A stretch of DNA of 64,000 bases from Patescibacteria group bacterium (GCA_018818425.1 JAHISB010000018.1:16390-80389); one strand, 5' to 3'; positions 9,118 through 19,400 are shown, counted from the first letter of the stretch. Translations and numbers: made by a program. Notes: generated by a model from the letters alone, not told the origin.

Positions 9118-11286
9118 CTAAAGTTCAGTCTTTTTATTTCTTAATTTTTTAAAATCAGCAATTTGGTCTCTTAATTCCGCTGCTTTTTCAAACTCTAAAT
9201 TACTCGCGGCCATAGCCATCTGATTCTCCAAGTCCTCAATAAGATGTTTAAGCTCGTCTTTGGGAATATCTTTGAGTTTATCGGTCCTTGGTCTTTGGTC
9301 TTTGGTTCTCTCCCGCACATTCTCAACCTTAACATCTTTCTTAATTGATTGAGGTTCAACGTTGTGCCTGCGATTATATTTCTCCTGAATTTTCCGGCGG
9401 CGGTTGACTTCTTTAATGGCCCTTTTCATCGAACCGGTTTGTTTATCAGCGTACATTATAATTCTACCTTCAATATGCCTGGCAGCTCTGCCCATAGTTT
9501 GGACTAATGATGTTTCGCTACGAAGAAATCCTTCTTTATCAGCGTCTAAAATAGCAATCAGCGAGACCTCGGGCAAATCAAGGCCTTCGCGAAGTAAGTT
9601 GATGCCCACCAAAACATCGTATTTTCCAAGCCGAAGATCCCTGATAATTTCAATCCTTTCTAAAGTGTGAATTTCGGAATGCAAATACTGAACTTTAAGG
9701 CCTTTTTCCTGCAGATATTCTGTAAGATCTTCGGCTAAACGTTTAGTTAAAGTGGTAACTAAAACTCTTTGCTTTTTTTTGACTGTAGCTGTGATCTCTT
9801 TAATTAAATCTGCCACTTGATTCTTGGTTTTTTTGACTTCCACGCTTGGTTCCAAAAGTCCGGTCGGACGAATGAGTTGTTGGGCGACTGCGGAATTTGA
9901 GTCTTCAATCTTCAGTTTTAAATCTTCGTAATCCACCACCTCTTTTGTAAGCGCCCCGGCCTTCATTTTTTTAGTTTTAATTCCCGACATGCGATACTCG
10001 TAAGCAGCCGGCGTGGCCGAAACAAAGACTGCTTTGCTTATATGATTTTCAAACTCCTTGAATTTTAACGGCCGGTTATCTAAAGCTGATGGCAAACGAA
10101 AGCCAAAATCGACCAGGGTCTGTTTTCTGGCCCGGTCGCCATTATACATAGCGTTAAGTTGAGGCACCGTCATATGCGATTCATCAATGAACAGCAGAAA
10201 ATCATCAGGATAATAATCAATCAATGTCGCCGGCTGTTCCCCCGGTTCCCGGTTGGTCAGGTACCTTGAATAGTTTTCTATGCCGTTGCAGTAGCCGGTT
10301 TGTTCTATCATTTCTAAATCGTACTTGGTTCTTTCTTCGATTCGTTGGGCTTCTAGTAGTTTATTTTGATTCTTAAGTTGAGTGGCTCTTTCCTTCATTT
10401 CTTTTTTGATGGATTCCAGCGATTGTTTTAATCTTTCCTCGGGCGTGACAAAATGCTTGGCCGGAAAAACTTCAATGTTTTGGATTTTGGATTTTGCTCG
10501 CCCTGAGCGAAGCCGAAGGGGAATTTGAGATTTGTTTGTTTCTTGTCCTCGATTAAATCGGGGATTGGAACTTGGTACTTGTTGACCTGTGATTAGGTCA
10601 ATGATAGATAACTTTTCAATAAGATCGCCATTAAATTCAACCCTTATTACCTCATTCTTCTCTTCAATTGGAAAAATATCCAAAACATCGCCTTTGACTC
10701 TAAAATTGCCGCGGTAAAAATCATAGTCATTTCTTTTGTACTGAAGATCGGTTAAGTGACGGAACAACTTATCGCGCTTAATTTTTTGTCCGACAGCCAA
10801 CTTGATTCTCATATCCTTATAATCTGCCGGACTGCCTAAACCATAAATGCACGAAACTGATGCCACAATCAATACATCCTGACGGGTTAATAAAGCGTTG
10901 GTTGAAGCGTGGCGCAGTCTGTCGATTTCCTCGTTAACATCAGTTTCCTTTTCTATATAAGTGCCGGACTGGGGAATGTAAGCTTCGGGCTGATAGTAAT
11001 CGTAATAGCTGACAAAATAATGCACCGCATTTTCCGGAAAAAATTCCTTGAATTCTGATGCTAATTGAGCGGCCAATGTTTTGTTATGAGAGATAACCAG
11101 GGTTGGTTTTTGGATTTTCTCAATAACACACGCTACAGTGTAAGTCTTGCCACTGCCAGTGACTCCCAACAAAGTTTGATGTTTATAGCCCCTTTTTATT
11201 CCGCTGGCTAATTTATCAATAGCTTGCGGCTGGTCGCCAGTCGGCTTGAACTTGGATTTTAACTTAAATTTTGGCATAATTAACAA
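9118..11286 (-). CDS. uvrB: excinuclease ABC subunit B, with an in-frame mini-element insertion of about 110 nt
   Basis: Walker A GVTGSGKT, helicase motifs, the UvrB/UvrC interaction domain at the C-terminus (ELRDQIADFKK). The insert at 10477..10585 encodes NPRFNRGQETNKSQIPLRLRSGRAKSKIQN. Confidence 0.95.
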   Translation of the reverse strand: MLIMPKFKLKSKFKPTGDQPQAIDKLASGIKRGYKHQTLLGVTGSGKTYTVACVIEKIQKPTLVISHNKTLAAQLASEFKEFFPENAVHYFVSYYDYYQPEAYIPQSGTYIEKETDVNEEIDRLRHASTNALLTRQDVLIVASVSCIYGLGSPADYKDMRIKLAVGQKIKRDKLFRHLTDLQYKRNDYDFYRGNFRVKGDVLDIFPIEEKNEVIRVEFNGDLIEKLSIIDLITGQQVPSSNPRFNRGQETNKSQIPLRLRSGRAKSKIQNIEVFPAKHFVTPEERLKQSLESIKKEMKERATQLKNQNKLLEAQRIEERTKYDLEMIEQTGYCNGIENYSRYLTNREPGEQPATLIDYYPDDFLLFIDESHMTVPQLNAMYNGDRARKQTLVDFGFRLPSALDNRPLKFKEFENHISKAVFVSATPAAYEYRMSGIKTKKMKAGALTKEVVDYEDLKLKIEDSNSAVAQQLIRPTGLLEPSVEVKKTKNQVADLIKEITATVKKKQRVLVTTLTKRLAEDLTEYLQEKGLKVQYLHSEIHTLERIEIIRDLRLGKYDVLVGINLLREGLDLPEVSLIAILDADKEGFLRSETSLVQTMGRAARHIEGRIIMYADKQTGSMKRAIKEVNRRRKIQEKYNRRHNVEPQSIKKDVKVENVRERTKDQRPRTDKLKDIPKDELKHLIEDLENQMAMAASNLEFEKAAELRDQIADFKKLRNKKTEL
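10477..10585. repeat. (TTTTGGA)3 + palindromic mini-element (cctcgattaaatcgggg), in frame inside uvrB
   Basis: tttgtttgtttcttgtcctcgattaaatcggggattggaacttggtacttg aligns with 34558..34614. Confidence 0.8.
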
Positions 11287-11404
11287 TCTTTATAAAAAAA
11301 TTTGTTGATTAAATAGACCTCGAGCGAATATAACGAGCCGAGAGGTTGGACGGAAATTAGATCGAAGTTTGAATTTCATAGTCAATATATAATATCATTA
11401 CTCT

Positions 11405-11470
11405 TAATTTTTTAAAAGCGAACGTCAAGTAGGTACGCGCCGTGGCGCGTACCTACAAAAGTGCCGTTCG
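11405..11470. promoter_or_regulatory. nested perfect palindrome between divergent uvrB and ruvA (operator or bidirectional structure)
   Basis: The outer arms agcgaacg...cgttcgct enclose the inner 13-bp arms gtaggtacgcgcc-g-tggcgcgtacctac. Confidence 0.4.
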
Positions 11471-11514
11471 CTAAAAAGAATTGATTTTTACCCCAAAAAC
11501 TGCTACATTATACG

Positions 11515-11590
11515 AGCATGGGAGCATGGGAGCAAGTGTTCTAATGTTCTAATGTTCTAATGTTCCAGTGTTCCAATGCTCTAATGAAAA
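11515..11590. repeat. (ATGTTCTAATGTTC)-type tandem array upstream of ruvA
   Basis: gagcatgggagcatgggagcaagtgttctaatgttctaatgttctaatgttccagtgttccaatgctctaatg. Confidence 0.7.
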
Positions 11591-11594
11591 AAAT

Positions 11595-12179
11595 ATGATT
11601 AGTCACCTTACAGGCAAAATCATTCTCAAAAAACCAACATATATAATTCTTGAAGTCAACGGCGTTGGCTACCAGATTTTTTGCAACGAAAAAACTCTTA
11701 ACGGGCTAAAGGAAGGTGCCGAAGCTGTTATCCATACTCATCACCATGTTAAAGAAGATCTGCAGGAGCTTTACGGCTTTTTAAATTTACCCGAACTGGA
11801 ACTTTTTAAAAATGTCATCGGCATATCCGGCGTTGGGCCCAAAACAGGGCTGGCTGTTCTGGCTGTGGCTTCGGTGGAAGATATTATCCAGGCCATTCTT
11901 TCCGAAAATCCCGGGCTGCTGCGGACGGTTTCCGGCATCGGCACTAAAACAGCAGAACGTTTAGTGGTAGAACTTAAATCTAAAATCGGCTCGCTAGCCA
12001 AAGAAATTACCGGCAAAGACCTTTCGGCCGCCTCACCCAATGCCGATGTTATAGAAGCTTTAATAGGTCTTGGCTATTCCAGAAAAGAGGTAATGGAAGT
12101 AGCGCGGCAAGTGCCGAATGATATTACCGATGATTCGGAAAGGATTAAAGGAGCGTTAAAATTATTAGGGAAAAGATAA
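11595..12179 (+). CDS. ruvA: Holliday junction DNA helicase RuvA
   Basis: The N-terminus MISHLTGKI...LEVNGVGYQIF matches the RuvA OB-fold start. Two HhH motifs (GISGVGPKTGLAVL and VSGIGTKTAERL) and a C-terminal domain III. Confidence 0.9.
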   Translation: MISHLTGKIILKKPTYIILEVNGVGYQIFCNEKTLNGLKEGAEAVIHTHHHVKEDLQELYGFLNLPELELFKNVIGISGVGPKTGLAVLAVASVEDIIQAILSENPGLLRTVSGIGTKTAERLVVELKSKIGSLAKEITGKDLSAASPNADVIEALIGLGYSRKEVMEVARQVPNDITDDSERIKGALKLLGKR

Positions 12180-12182
12180 GGC

Positions 12183-12252
12183 CTTGCCTTGTTGTGTTGC
12201 GGCCAATTTAATGTAGCGACGCAAAATTTTGCGTCGCTACAAAAGGCAAGAC
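12183..12252 (+). terminator. nested hairpin after ruvA
   Basis: The inner arms tgtagcgacgcaaaa/ttttgcgtcgctaca are perfect. The outer arms ggccttgcc/ggcaagacc share a stem with the element at 6331..6462. Confidence 0.45.
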
Positions 12253-12272
12253 CACACGATAACCCATAAACC

Positions 12273-13298
12273 ATGGAAATAACTCTTTTAAATAAGCCAC
12301 GATTTGATGAATTTGCCGGCAATCAAAAATACAGTCAATTTTTACAGTCTTGGGACTGGGGCGATTTCCAAAAAAACGTCGGCCATAGAGTCTGGCGACT
12401 GGGCGTTGCTTTAGATAATCAGATTATTGCCTCGGCCCAAATTATTGAGCATCTTTTGCCTTTTAATAAAAGTTATCTTTACTGCCCTCGCGGTCCGGTA
12501 ATAGCAGAAAATTTATCTGACAAACAAAAACTCACGGCCTTAAAACTGATTCTAAGCAAAGCCCGCGACATTGCCATTTCAACTCCCCAAACCGAAGAAA
12601 TCTTCTTCCGCCTAGAGCCAACCCATCGTCTACAACCTACAACCTACCCACTACAACCTACACCCTACAACCTAAGAAAAACAAAGCCCATCCAGCCCGC
12701 CGATACTCTGATTTTAGACCTAACTTTGCCGAAAGAACAATTGCTGACAAACATGCGCCAAAAAACCAGATACAACATCCGCCTGGCCGAAAAACATGGA
12801 GTAACAATTAAAGAAGAGAGTGGCTTTTCCAAAGTCTGGCCATTTTTCGAACAAACTTCTAAAAGAGATAAATTCGGCCTTCATCCCAAAAAATACTATC
12901 AAAAAATGGTTGAGGATTCCGATTTAATAAGGATGTGGGCCGCAGATTATAAAGGAAAAATAGTTGCCGCTAATATTGTCAGTTATTTCGGCAATACCGC
13001 CACTTATGTTCACGGCGCTTCTGACTATCAGCAACGTTCAATGATGGCGCCGTTTCTTTTACAATGGGAAGTGATTAAAAACGCCCAGGAGCAGGGCTAT
13101 AAATATTATGACTTTCATGGAATTGCGCCAAACCATAACAAAAATCACCCTTGGCACGGCATCACTAGATTTAAAAAAGGCTTTGGCGGCCAAGTAATTC
13201 ATTATCCCGGAACTTTTGATTTTATTTATCAGCCATTGAGTTATAATATATATAAGGCCTTGCGAAAATTAAACCTTCTTATCAGAAAAATTTATTAA
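12273..13298 (+). CDS. FemAB-family aminoacyltransferase (peptidoglycan interpeptide bridge formation), with an in-frame (ACAACCTAC)n repeat insert
   Basis: SWDWGDFQ...LYCPRGPV and the C-terminal GFGG region resemble the FemABX family. The repeat at 12630..12675 encodes LQPTTYPLQPTPYNL. Confidence 0.65.
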   Translation: MEITLLNKPRFDEFAGNQKYSQFLQSWDWGDFQKNVGHRVWRLGVALDNQIIASAQIIEHLLPFNKSYLYCPRGPVIAENLSDKQKLTALKLILSKARDIAISTPQTEEIFFRLEPTHRLQPTTYPLQPTPYNLRKTKPIQPADTLILDLTLPKEQLLTNMRQKTRYNIRLAEKHGVTIKEESGFSKVWPFFEQTSKRDKFGLHPKKYYQKMVEDSDLIRMWAADYKGKIVAANIVSYFGNTATYVHGASDYQQRSMMAPFLLQWEVIKNAQEQGYKYYDFHGIAPNHNKNHPWHGITRFKKGFGGQVIHYPGTFDFIYQPLSYNIYKALRKLNLLIRKIY

Positions 13299-13307
13299 TC
13301 TTATAAT

Positions 13308-14330
13308 ATGCCCGATCCAACAAACCAAAATACCCTGCCCGCCCCCGAAAAAAAATATCCGCCGGAAACTGCCGGCCGGCTGATGATTGGCAATGTGCCA
13401 ACGGTTTCACCCGACGATACCATTAGTAAAATTGAAGAGCTTCTCCTAAAAAGAGTAAAGGAATTCGAAACCATCAATTATATATATGTAGTTCTTAAAA
13501 ATGGCAAACTGGCCGGAGTAATATCTATTAAAGATATACTAAGGCAGCCCAAAAGCGCCAAGGTTTCCCAAGTTATGATAAAAGATTTAATTGTCGCTCA
13601 TCCTTACACCGACCAGGAGCACGTGGCAAATTTAGCTTTGCAAAACAATATCAAGGCCGTGCCGGTGGCAGATAAAGACAATATTTTTTTAGGCGTTGTG
13701 CCCAGCGATACTATTTTAAAAGTTGTTTATCAAGAAGCTTCCGAAGACATTTTAGGCCTGGCCGGTATGACTAATTTTAAAATGGCCAGGCGCGGCCTGG
13801 ATGATACCATGAAATTGTCTATTTTTACGCTTCTCAAACACCGTCTGCCCTGGCTTATTATCGGCCTGTTCGGCGGCCTGCTGACCGCTAAAATTATCGG
13901 TTTATTCGAGTATACTTTAGAAAAAAATATTATCCTGGCTTCTTTTATCCCGCTGATTGTTTATATGGGCGGGGCCACTCTGGCCCAAACTCAGGCTTTT
14001 TTAATCAGGGACATGGCCCTTAATCCGGCCTTAAAATTTGGTAAATATTTTCTGAAGCAATTGCTGGTTATTTTTTTTATAGCCATTTTTGCCTCAGTTA
14101 TTATGTTCGGCTTTGGCTTGCTGATTTATAAAAACCTTTTTATTATTCAAATAATCGCCTCGGCCCTGTTTGCAGCAATTATATCCTCTATTTTTACCGG
14201 GCTGGCGGTGCCGTATTTTTTCAATAAATTAAAGATGGATCCGGCCAATGCCAGCGGTCCGATTGCCACTATTATTCAGGATCTTTTGGGTGTAACGCTC
14301 TATTTTTTAATCGCCTCTTTATTCATTTAA
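13308..14330 (+). CDS. mgtE: magnesium transporter MgtE
   Basis: An N-terminal domain, then CBS pair, then a 5-TM C-terminal domain. The layout is typical of MgtE. Confidence 0.8.
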   Translation: MPDPTNQNTLPAPEKKYPPETAGRLMIGNVPTVSPDDTISKIEELLLKRVKEFETINYIYVVLKNGKLAGVISIKDILRQPKSAKVSQVMIKDLIVAHPYTDQEHVANLALQNNIKAVPVADKDNIFLGVVPSDTILKVVYQEASEDILGLAGMTNFKMARRGLDDTMKLSIFTLLKHRLPWLIIGLFGGLLTAKIIGLFEYTLEKNIILASFIPLIVYMGGATLAQTQAFLIRDMALNPALKFGKYFLKQLLVIFFIAIFASVIMFGFGLLIYKNLFIIQIIASALFAAIISSIFTGLAVPYFFNKLKMDPANASGPIATIIQDLLGVTLYFLIASLFI

Positions 14331-14337
14331 AAATTTT

Positions 14338-14697
14338 ATGATCAAACAGCCCCGTGAATATCATCAACGTCTTGAGCAGTTCCGCCGAACCAGATTAAAA
14401 ACAACGGAAAAAACAGCGGATTTAGTGGCCCGCTGGTGCGGCTCGTGGAGTTTTCTGATAATTCATCTTATTGGTTTTATTCTCTGGTTGAGTTTTAATC
14501 TTAATTTCAACTTTTTAACCCTGATTGTTTCTTTCGAAGCCATTCTGCTGATGAATGTTTTATTAATGGCCCAGAACCGCCAAGCAAAAAAAGACGATTT
14601 AAGGGACGAGGCCGACTACCAGGCCGACAAACACGCTGCCAAAGGCATTGACGAAATCAAAAAAAATGTCCAGGATATTCAAAGCAAGCTAAAATAA
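14338..14697 (+). CDS. small two-TM membrane protein (DUF1003-like)
   Basis: 119 aa with a charged N-terminus, two hydrophobic helices and a charged C-terminus. Confidence 0.4.
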   Translation: MIKQPREYHQRLEQFRRTRLKTTEKTADLVARWCGSWSFLIIHLIGFILWLSFNLNFNFLTLIVSFEAILLMNVLLMAQNRQAKKDDLRDEADYQADKHAAKGIDEIKKNVQDIQSKLK

Positions 14698-14763
14698 AAA
14701 AATTTTGCTTATGTACGTACGCGCCGCGGCGCATATCTACAGCAAAACTTCTTTTAATAGAAT

Positions 14764-16080
14764 ATGAAAACTTTTGTAAAGAAACTTCTACCTCCTTTTA
14801 TTCTGGGCTGGTACCACCAAGTACTGGCATTTTTAGCTATGGTCATTTATGGTTTTCCTTCTAATAAATTGATTGTTATTGGCGTAACCGGCACCAACGG
14901 CAAATCAACGGTCGTCAATTTAATCGGCGAAATTTTAAAAATTTCGGGCCATCAAGTTGCCTGGACCGCCACCACCAACTTTTTTCTTGACGGCCAGGAG
15001 CGGCTTAACGACCAAAAAATGACCATGCCGGGCAGATTCAAAACTCAAAAATTCTTAGCAGATAGCGTAAGGGCCGGCTGTAAATATGCCATAATCGAAA
15101 CTTCATCGGAGGGCATTAAACAATACCGGCATTGGGGCATTAATTATGATCTGGCGGTTTTTACTAACCTGACTCCCGAACATATCGAAGCCCACGGCAG
15201 TTTTGAAAACTATAAAAAAGCCAAAGGCAGACTCTTTAAGCATCTGACAAAATTCCCAAAGAAAAAAATCAACAATCAGCTGATTGATAAAACGATTATA
15301 GTAAATACTGACGATCAATATGCCGATTACTTTTTAAATTTTCCGGCTGACAAAAAATTGGCTTTCTCAATTAAAAAAAAATCCGACTTTAGGGCAACCA
15401 GCATTAAGCTTGATTCTAACGGCACTTCTTTCACCCTACAACCTACCCCCTACAACCTACCCCCTACAACCTACAAAACTAATTTACTGGGGAAAGTTAA
15501 CATCTACAACTGCCTCTCGGCTATTGCCGTTGCCAAAGCTCTTGGAATCGACAGCGATAAAATCCAGCAAGCCTTACTAAAATATAAAGGCATGCCCGGA
15601 CGTTTTGAATTTATTGATAAGGGACAAAAATTCAAAGTGATGATTGACTATGCGCCCGAGCCCGAGTCAATGAAAAAATTGTATGAAACTTTGCAATTAT
15701 TTAAGTTTAATAAAATAATTCATGTTTTAGGTTCCTGCGGCGGCGGCCGAGATAAGTCCAGAAGACCTATTTTAGGAAAATTAGCCGCAGAAAACGCTGA
15801 CATTGTGATAGTCACTAACGAAGATCCTTACGACGAAGACCCGCAACAAATTATTGATCAAGTAGCGGCCGGCGCCGAAGCTAATGGTAAAATTCTTAAT
15901 CAAAACTTATTTAAAATATTGGATAGACGCGAAGCAATTAAAAAAGCTTTGTCATTGGCTAATGATAATGATTTAGTTTTGCTGACCGGCAAGGGTTGCG
16001 AGCAGCATATTTGCGTTACTCGCGGGAAGAAAATTAAGTGGGATGATCGAGAGGTTGTTAGAGGGTTGTTGAAAATATAA
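14764..16080 (+). CDS. Mur ligase family protein (MurE-like), with an N-terminal TM segment and an in-frame (ACAACCTAC)n repeat
   Basis: P-loop VIGVTGTNGKST, the Mur ligase middle and C-terminal motifs (TGKGCEQH...WDDRE). The repeat at 15433..15477 encodes LQPTPYNLPPTTY. Confidence 0.7.
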   Translation: MKTFVKKLLPPFILGWYHQVLAFLAMVIYGFPSNKLIVIGVTGTNGKSTVVNLIGEILKISGHQVAWTATTNFFLDGQERLNDQKMTMPGRFKTQKFLADSVRAGCKYAIIETSSEGIKQYRHWGINYDLAVFTNLTPEHIEAHGSFENYKKAKGRLFKHLTKFPKKKINNQLIDKTIIVNTDDQYADYFLNFPADKKLAFSIKKKSDFRATSIKLDSNGTSFTLQPTPYNLPPTTYKTNLLGKVNIYNCLSAIAVAKALGIDSDKIQQALLKYKGMPGRFEFIDKGQKFKVMIDYAPEPESMKKLYETLQLFKFNKIIHVLGSCGGGRDKSRRPILGKLAAENADIVIVTNEDPYDEDPQQIIDQVAAGAEANGKILNQNLFKILDRREAIKKALSLANDNDLVLLTGKGCEQHICVTRGKKIKWDDREVVRGLLKI

Positions 16081-16272
16081 AAGGCGCCTGTACCGCCTCT
16101 CGCGAGAAGCGCTGTGGATAACTTGACGATAAACACCAATTTTGGGGCTAATTATAGGCCTGTTTTTATTTTCTTGACGAAATAAAATGAATTTATCTAA
16201 ATTAACGATTGTGGATAATTCAAATATTTTTGGCTAAAATTAGCAATATTTAAAATATTTAGCTAAAATCTC

Positions 16273-16301
16273 TTGACATATTTTTCATTTTGAGGTATCA
16301 T
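16273..16301 (+). promoter_or_regulatory. sigma70-like promoter TTGACA-N17-TATCAT in the rpoB leader
   Basis: Direct read: ctcTTGACAtatttttcattttgaggTATCATctg. It lies about 140 nt upstream of the rpoB start. Confidence 0.5.
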
Positions 16302-16441
16302 CTGCCTATGTTTTCGTACTCGGCTGTGTAAAAAGCCATTAAAAAAGCCCTAATTTGCAGTTTGGGCCTTATTTTTTGTCATATTTTTTAAAACAAAAAC
16401 TCGTTTATTAATTTAGAATTTATAATTTCTAATTTATTTTT

Positions 16442-19400
16442 ATGCCTCAACCCGCCTCTGAGCGCAAATATTTTACAAAATCTAAGATTGCCACTCCTCT
16501 TCCTAATTTAATAGAAATTCAAAAAAACTCTTATCAATGGTTTATTGATAATGGTTTAAAAGAACTTTTTGATGAGGTTTCCCCCATCAAAGACTTTATC
16601 GGCCGTAATCTTGAATTATATTTCGAAGATTATTATTTAGACGAACCCAAGTTTGATGAAGTAACGGCCAAAAGCAAAAACATCACTTTCGAAGCTCCTT
16701 TAAGGGTCAAAGGCAAATTAGTCAATGAAAGGACCGGCGAAATTAAAGAACAGGAAGTTTATTTAGGCGACCTGCCTTTAATGACCGAGCGGGGCACTTT
16801 TATTATTAACGGCGTCGAGCGGGTAGTGGTCTCCCAGCTTATCAGAAGCGCGGGAGCTTTTTTTACTTCGGAAAACGTCCGGGGCAAAAAGTTTTATGGC
16901 GCTAAAATTATTCCCAACCGCGGGGCCTGGCTGGAATTAGAAACTGACTCCAATCATGTTATTTATGTCAAAATTGACCGTAAAAGAAAAATTCCTATAA
17001 CTGCCCTGCTTAGGGCATTTGGCCTGCCAACGCCAGAAATTATTAAGGCCTTTCAGGAAGTCGAAACTGCGCCCGATATCAATTACACCAATAATACCAT
17101 AAAAAAAGATGTCTCCTCCAATGAAGAAGAGGCCTTAATCGAAGTTTATAAAAGAATCAGGCCGGGCGATTTAGCTACTCCCGATAACGCCAAGTCGCTC
17201 ATCTATTCCATGTTTTTTAATTTTGACCGCTACGACTTCGGCACGGTCGGCCGCTATAAGTTAAATAAAAAATTCGGCGAAGATCTGCCGATAACTAAAG
17301 ACAACCGCATTTTAAGAGTGGAAGATTTAATTAAGGTAGTCAAAGAAATCATCCGCCTTAATAACACCCAGGAAGATGCCGATGATATCGACCATTTAGG
17401 CAATCGCCGGGTTAGGGCTATCGGCGAACTGGTCCAAAATAAATTCAGAATCGGCCTGGCCAGAATGGAAAGAATAGTCAAAGACAGAATGAGCACTTTA
17501 GACATTAATAATTTAACGCCCAATCAGCTGATCAACGCCCGGCCGGTTATTGGCTCTATTAAAGAATTTTTTATGAGCTCCCAGCTTTCCCAGTTTATGG
17601 ACCAAACCAATCCTCTGGCCGAATTGGAACATAAACGGCGGCTCTCGGCTATGGGCCCCGGAGGCCTTTCCAGAGAACGGGCCGGCTTTGAGGTCAGAGA
17701 CGTTCACCGCACTCATTACGGCCGCATCTGTCCTATTGCCACGCCCGAAGGCCCTAACATTGGCTTAGTCGGCCATTTAGCGGCTTATGCCAAAATTAAC
17801 GAATACGGTTTTATTGAAACGCCTTTTAGAAAAATAATTCATAATCCTAAAAATAATCCCTCAAAAACTACTGATAAAATTGCCAGAAAAGATATAAAAC
17901 ATCCCCAAACTCAAGAAACTATCGTTAAAGAGGGGGAGATAATATCGGCCGGCCTTGCCAAAAAATTAGCGGCCCTGGCAGAATTAGAAACTATTCCCGT
18001 TAAGCCGCAGGTGACTAACGAAATTGAATACTTGGACGCCTTTACCGAGGAGCGTTATAATACCGCCTCGGCCACCACTCCTTTAGACGAAAACGGCTAC
18101 TTTATTAATAATTATGCGGAAATGAGAATTAAAGGCAAGCCCTCTTTTGCGCCGGTTCATAAAATTGATTATTTAGATGTCGCGCCCAACCAAATTATTT
18201 CGGTGGCCACCTCTTTAATTCCTTTTTTGGAGCACGACGATGCGGTCAGGGCCCTGATGGGAACCAATATGCAGCGCCAGGCTGTTTCGGTTATTCGGCC
18301 GGAAGCGCCCGTAGTCGGCACCGGCGTCGAATACCGGGCCGCTAAAGATTCGGGCCAGGTTATTGTGGCTAAAGATGACGGCCTGGTGACCGAAGTTCAA
18401 AGCAACCGGATTATTATCACCACCAGTAATGAGGAGCAAATTTATAATCTGGGAAAATTTGTCCGTTCCAATGCTTCCACCTGTATGAACCAGCACCCGC
18501 TGGTGGATAAAAATGAAAAGGTCAAAAAAGGACAGGTTATTGCCGATGGCGGCGCTACCGATAACGGTGAATTAGCGCTGGGGCGAAATGTTCTGGTGTC
18601 TTTTATGGCCTGGGAAGGCGGCAACTACGAAGACGCTATTCTAATTTCCGAACGGGTGGTGCAAAACGATCTTTATACTTCTATTCATATTGAAAACTAT
18701 TCTATTGACATCAGGGATACTAAATTAGGCCCCGAAGTTATTACCCGCGACATACCCAATGTCAGCGAAGAAAAACTCAAAGACCTGGATGAAGAAGGCA
18801 TTGTCAGAATCGGCGCTCAAGTTACGGCCAGCGATATCTTAGTCGGTAAAATCACTCCCAAGGGCGAAACCGAGCTTTCGGCCGAAGAAAAACTTTTAAG
18901 AGCTATCTTCGGCGAGAAAGCTAAAGACGTCAGGGACAGCTCCCTCTATTTAGAGCACGGCGAGCACGGCAAAGTTATTGATATAAAAATCTTCTCCCGC
19001 GAACAGGGAGACAAGCTGTCGGCCGGAGTGATAAAAACCATCCAGATAACAGTGGCCCAGCTCCGCAAGGTGCAGCCGGGCGATAAGCTGGCCGGACGCC
19101 ACGGCAATAAAGGCGTAATTTCCAGAATTGTGCCTGTAGAAAATATGCCCTTTCTAGCTGACGGCACGCCAGTCGATATTATTTTAAATCCCCTGGGCGT
19201 AATTTCCAGAATGAATTTAGGGCAACTATTAGAAACCCATCTGGGCTTTGCCGTCCAAAAACTGGGCTATAAAGTAGCCAGCCCGGCCTTAGACGGCGTG
19301 CCCATAGAAAAAATTAAGGAAGAATTACAAAAAGCCAATCTGCCGGTGGACGGCAAAATTCAACTTTACGACGGCAGGACCGGCGAACCTTTTAATAAAA

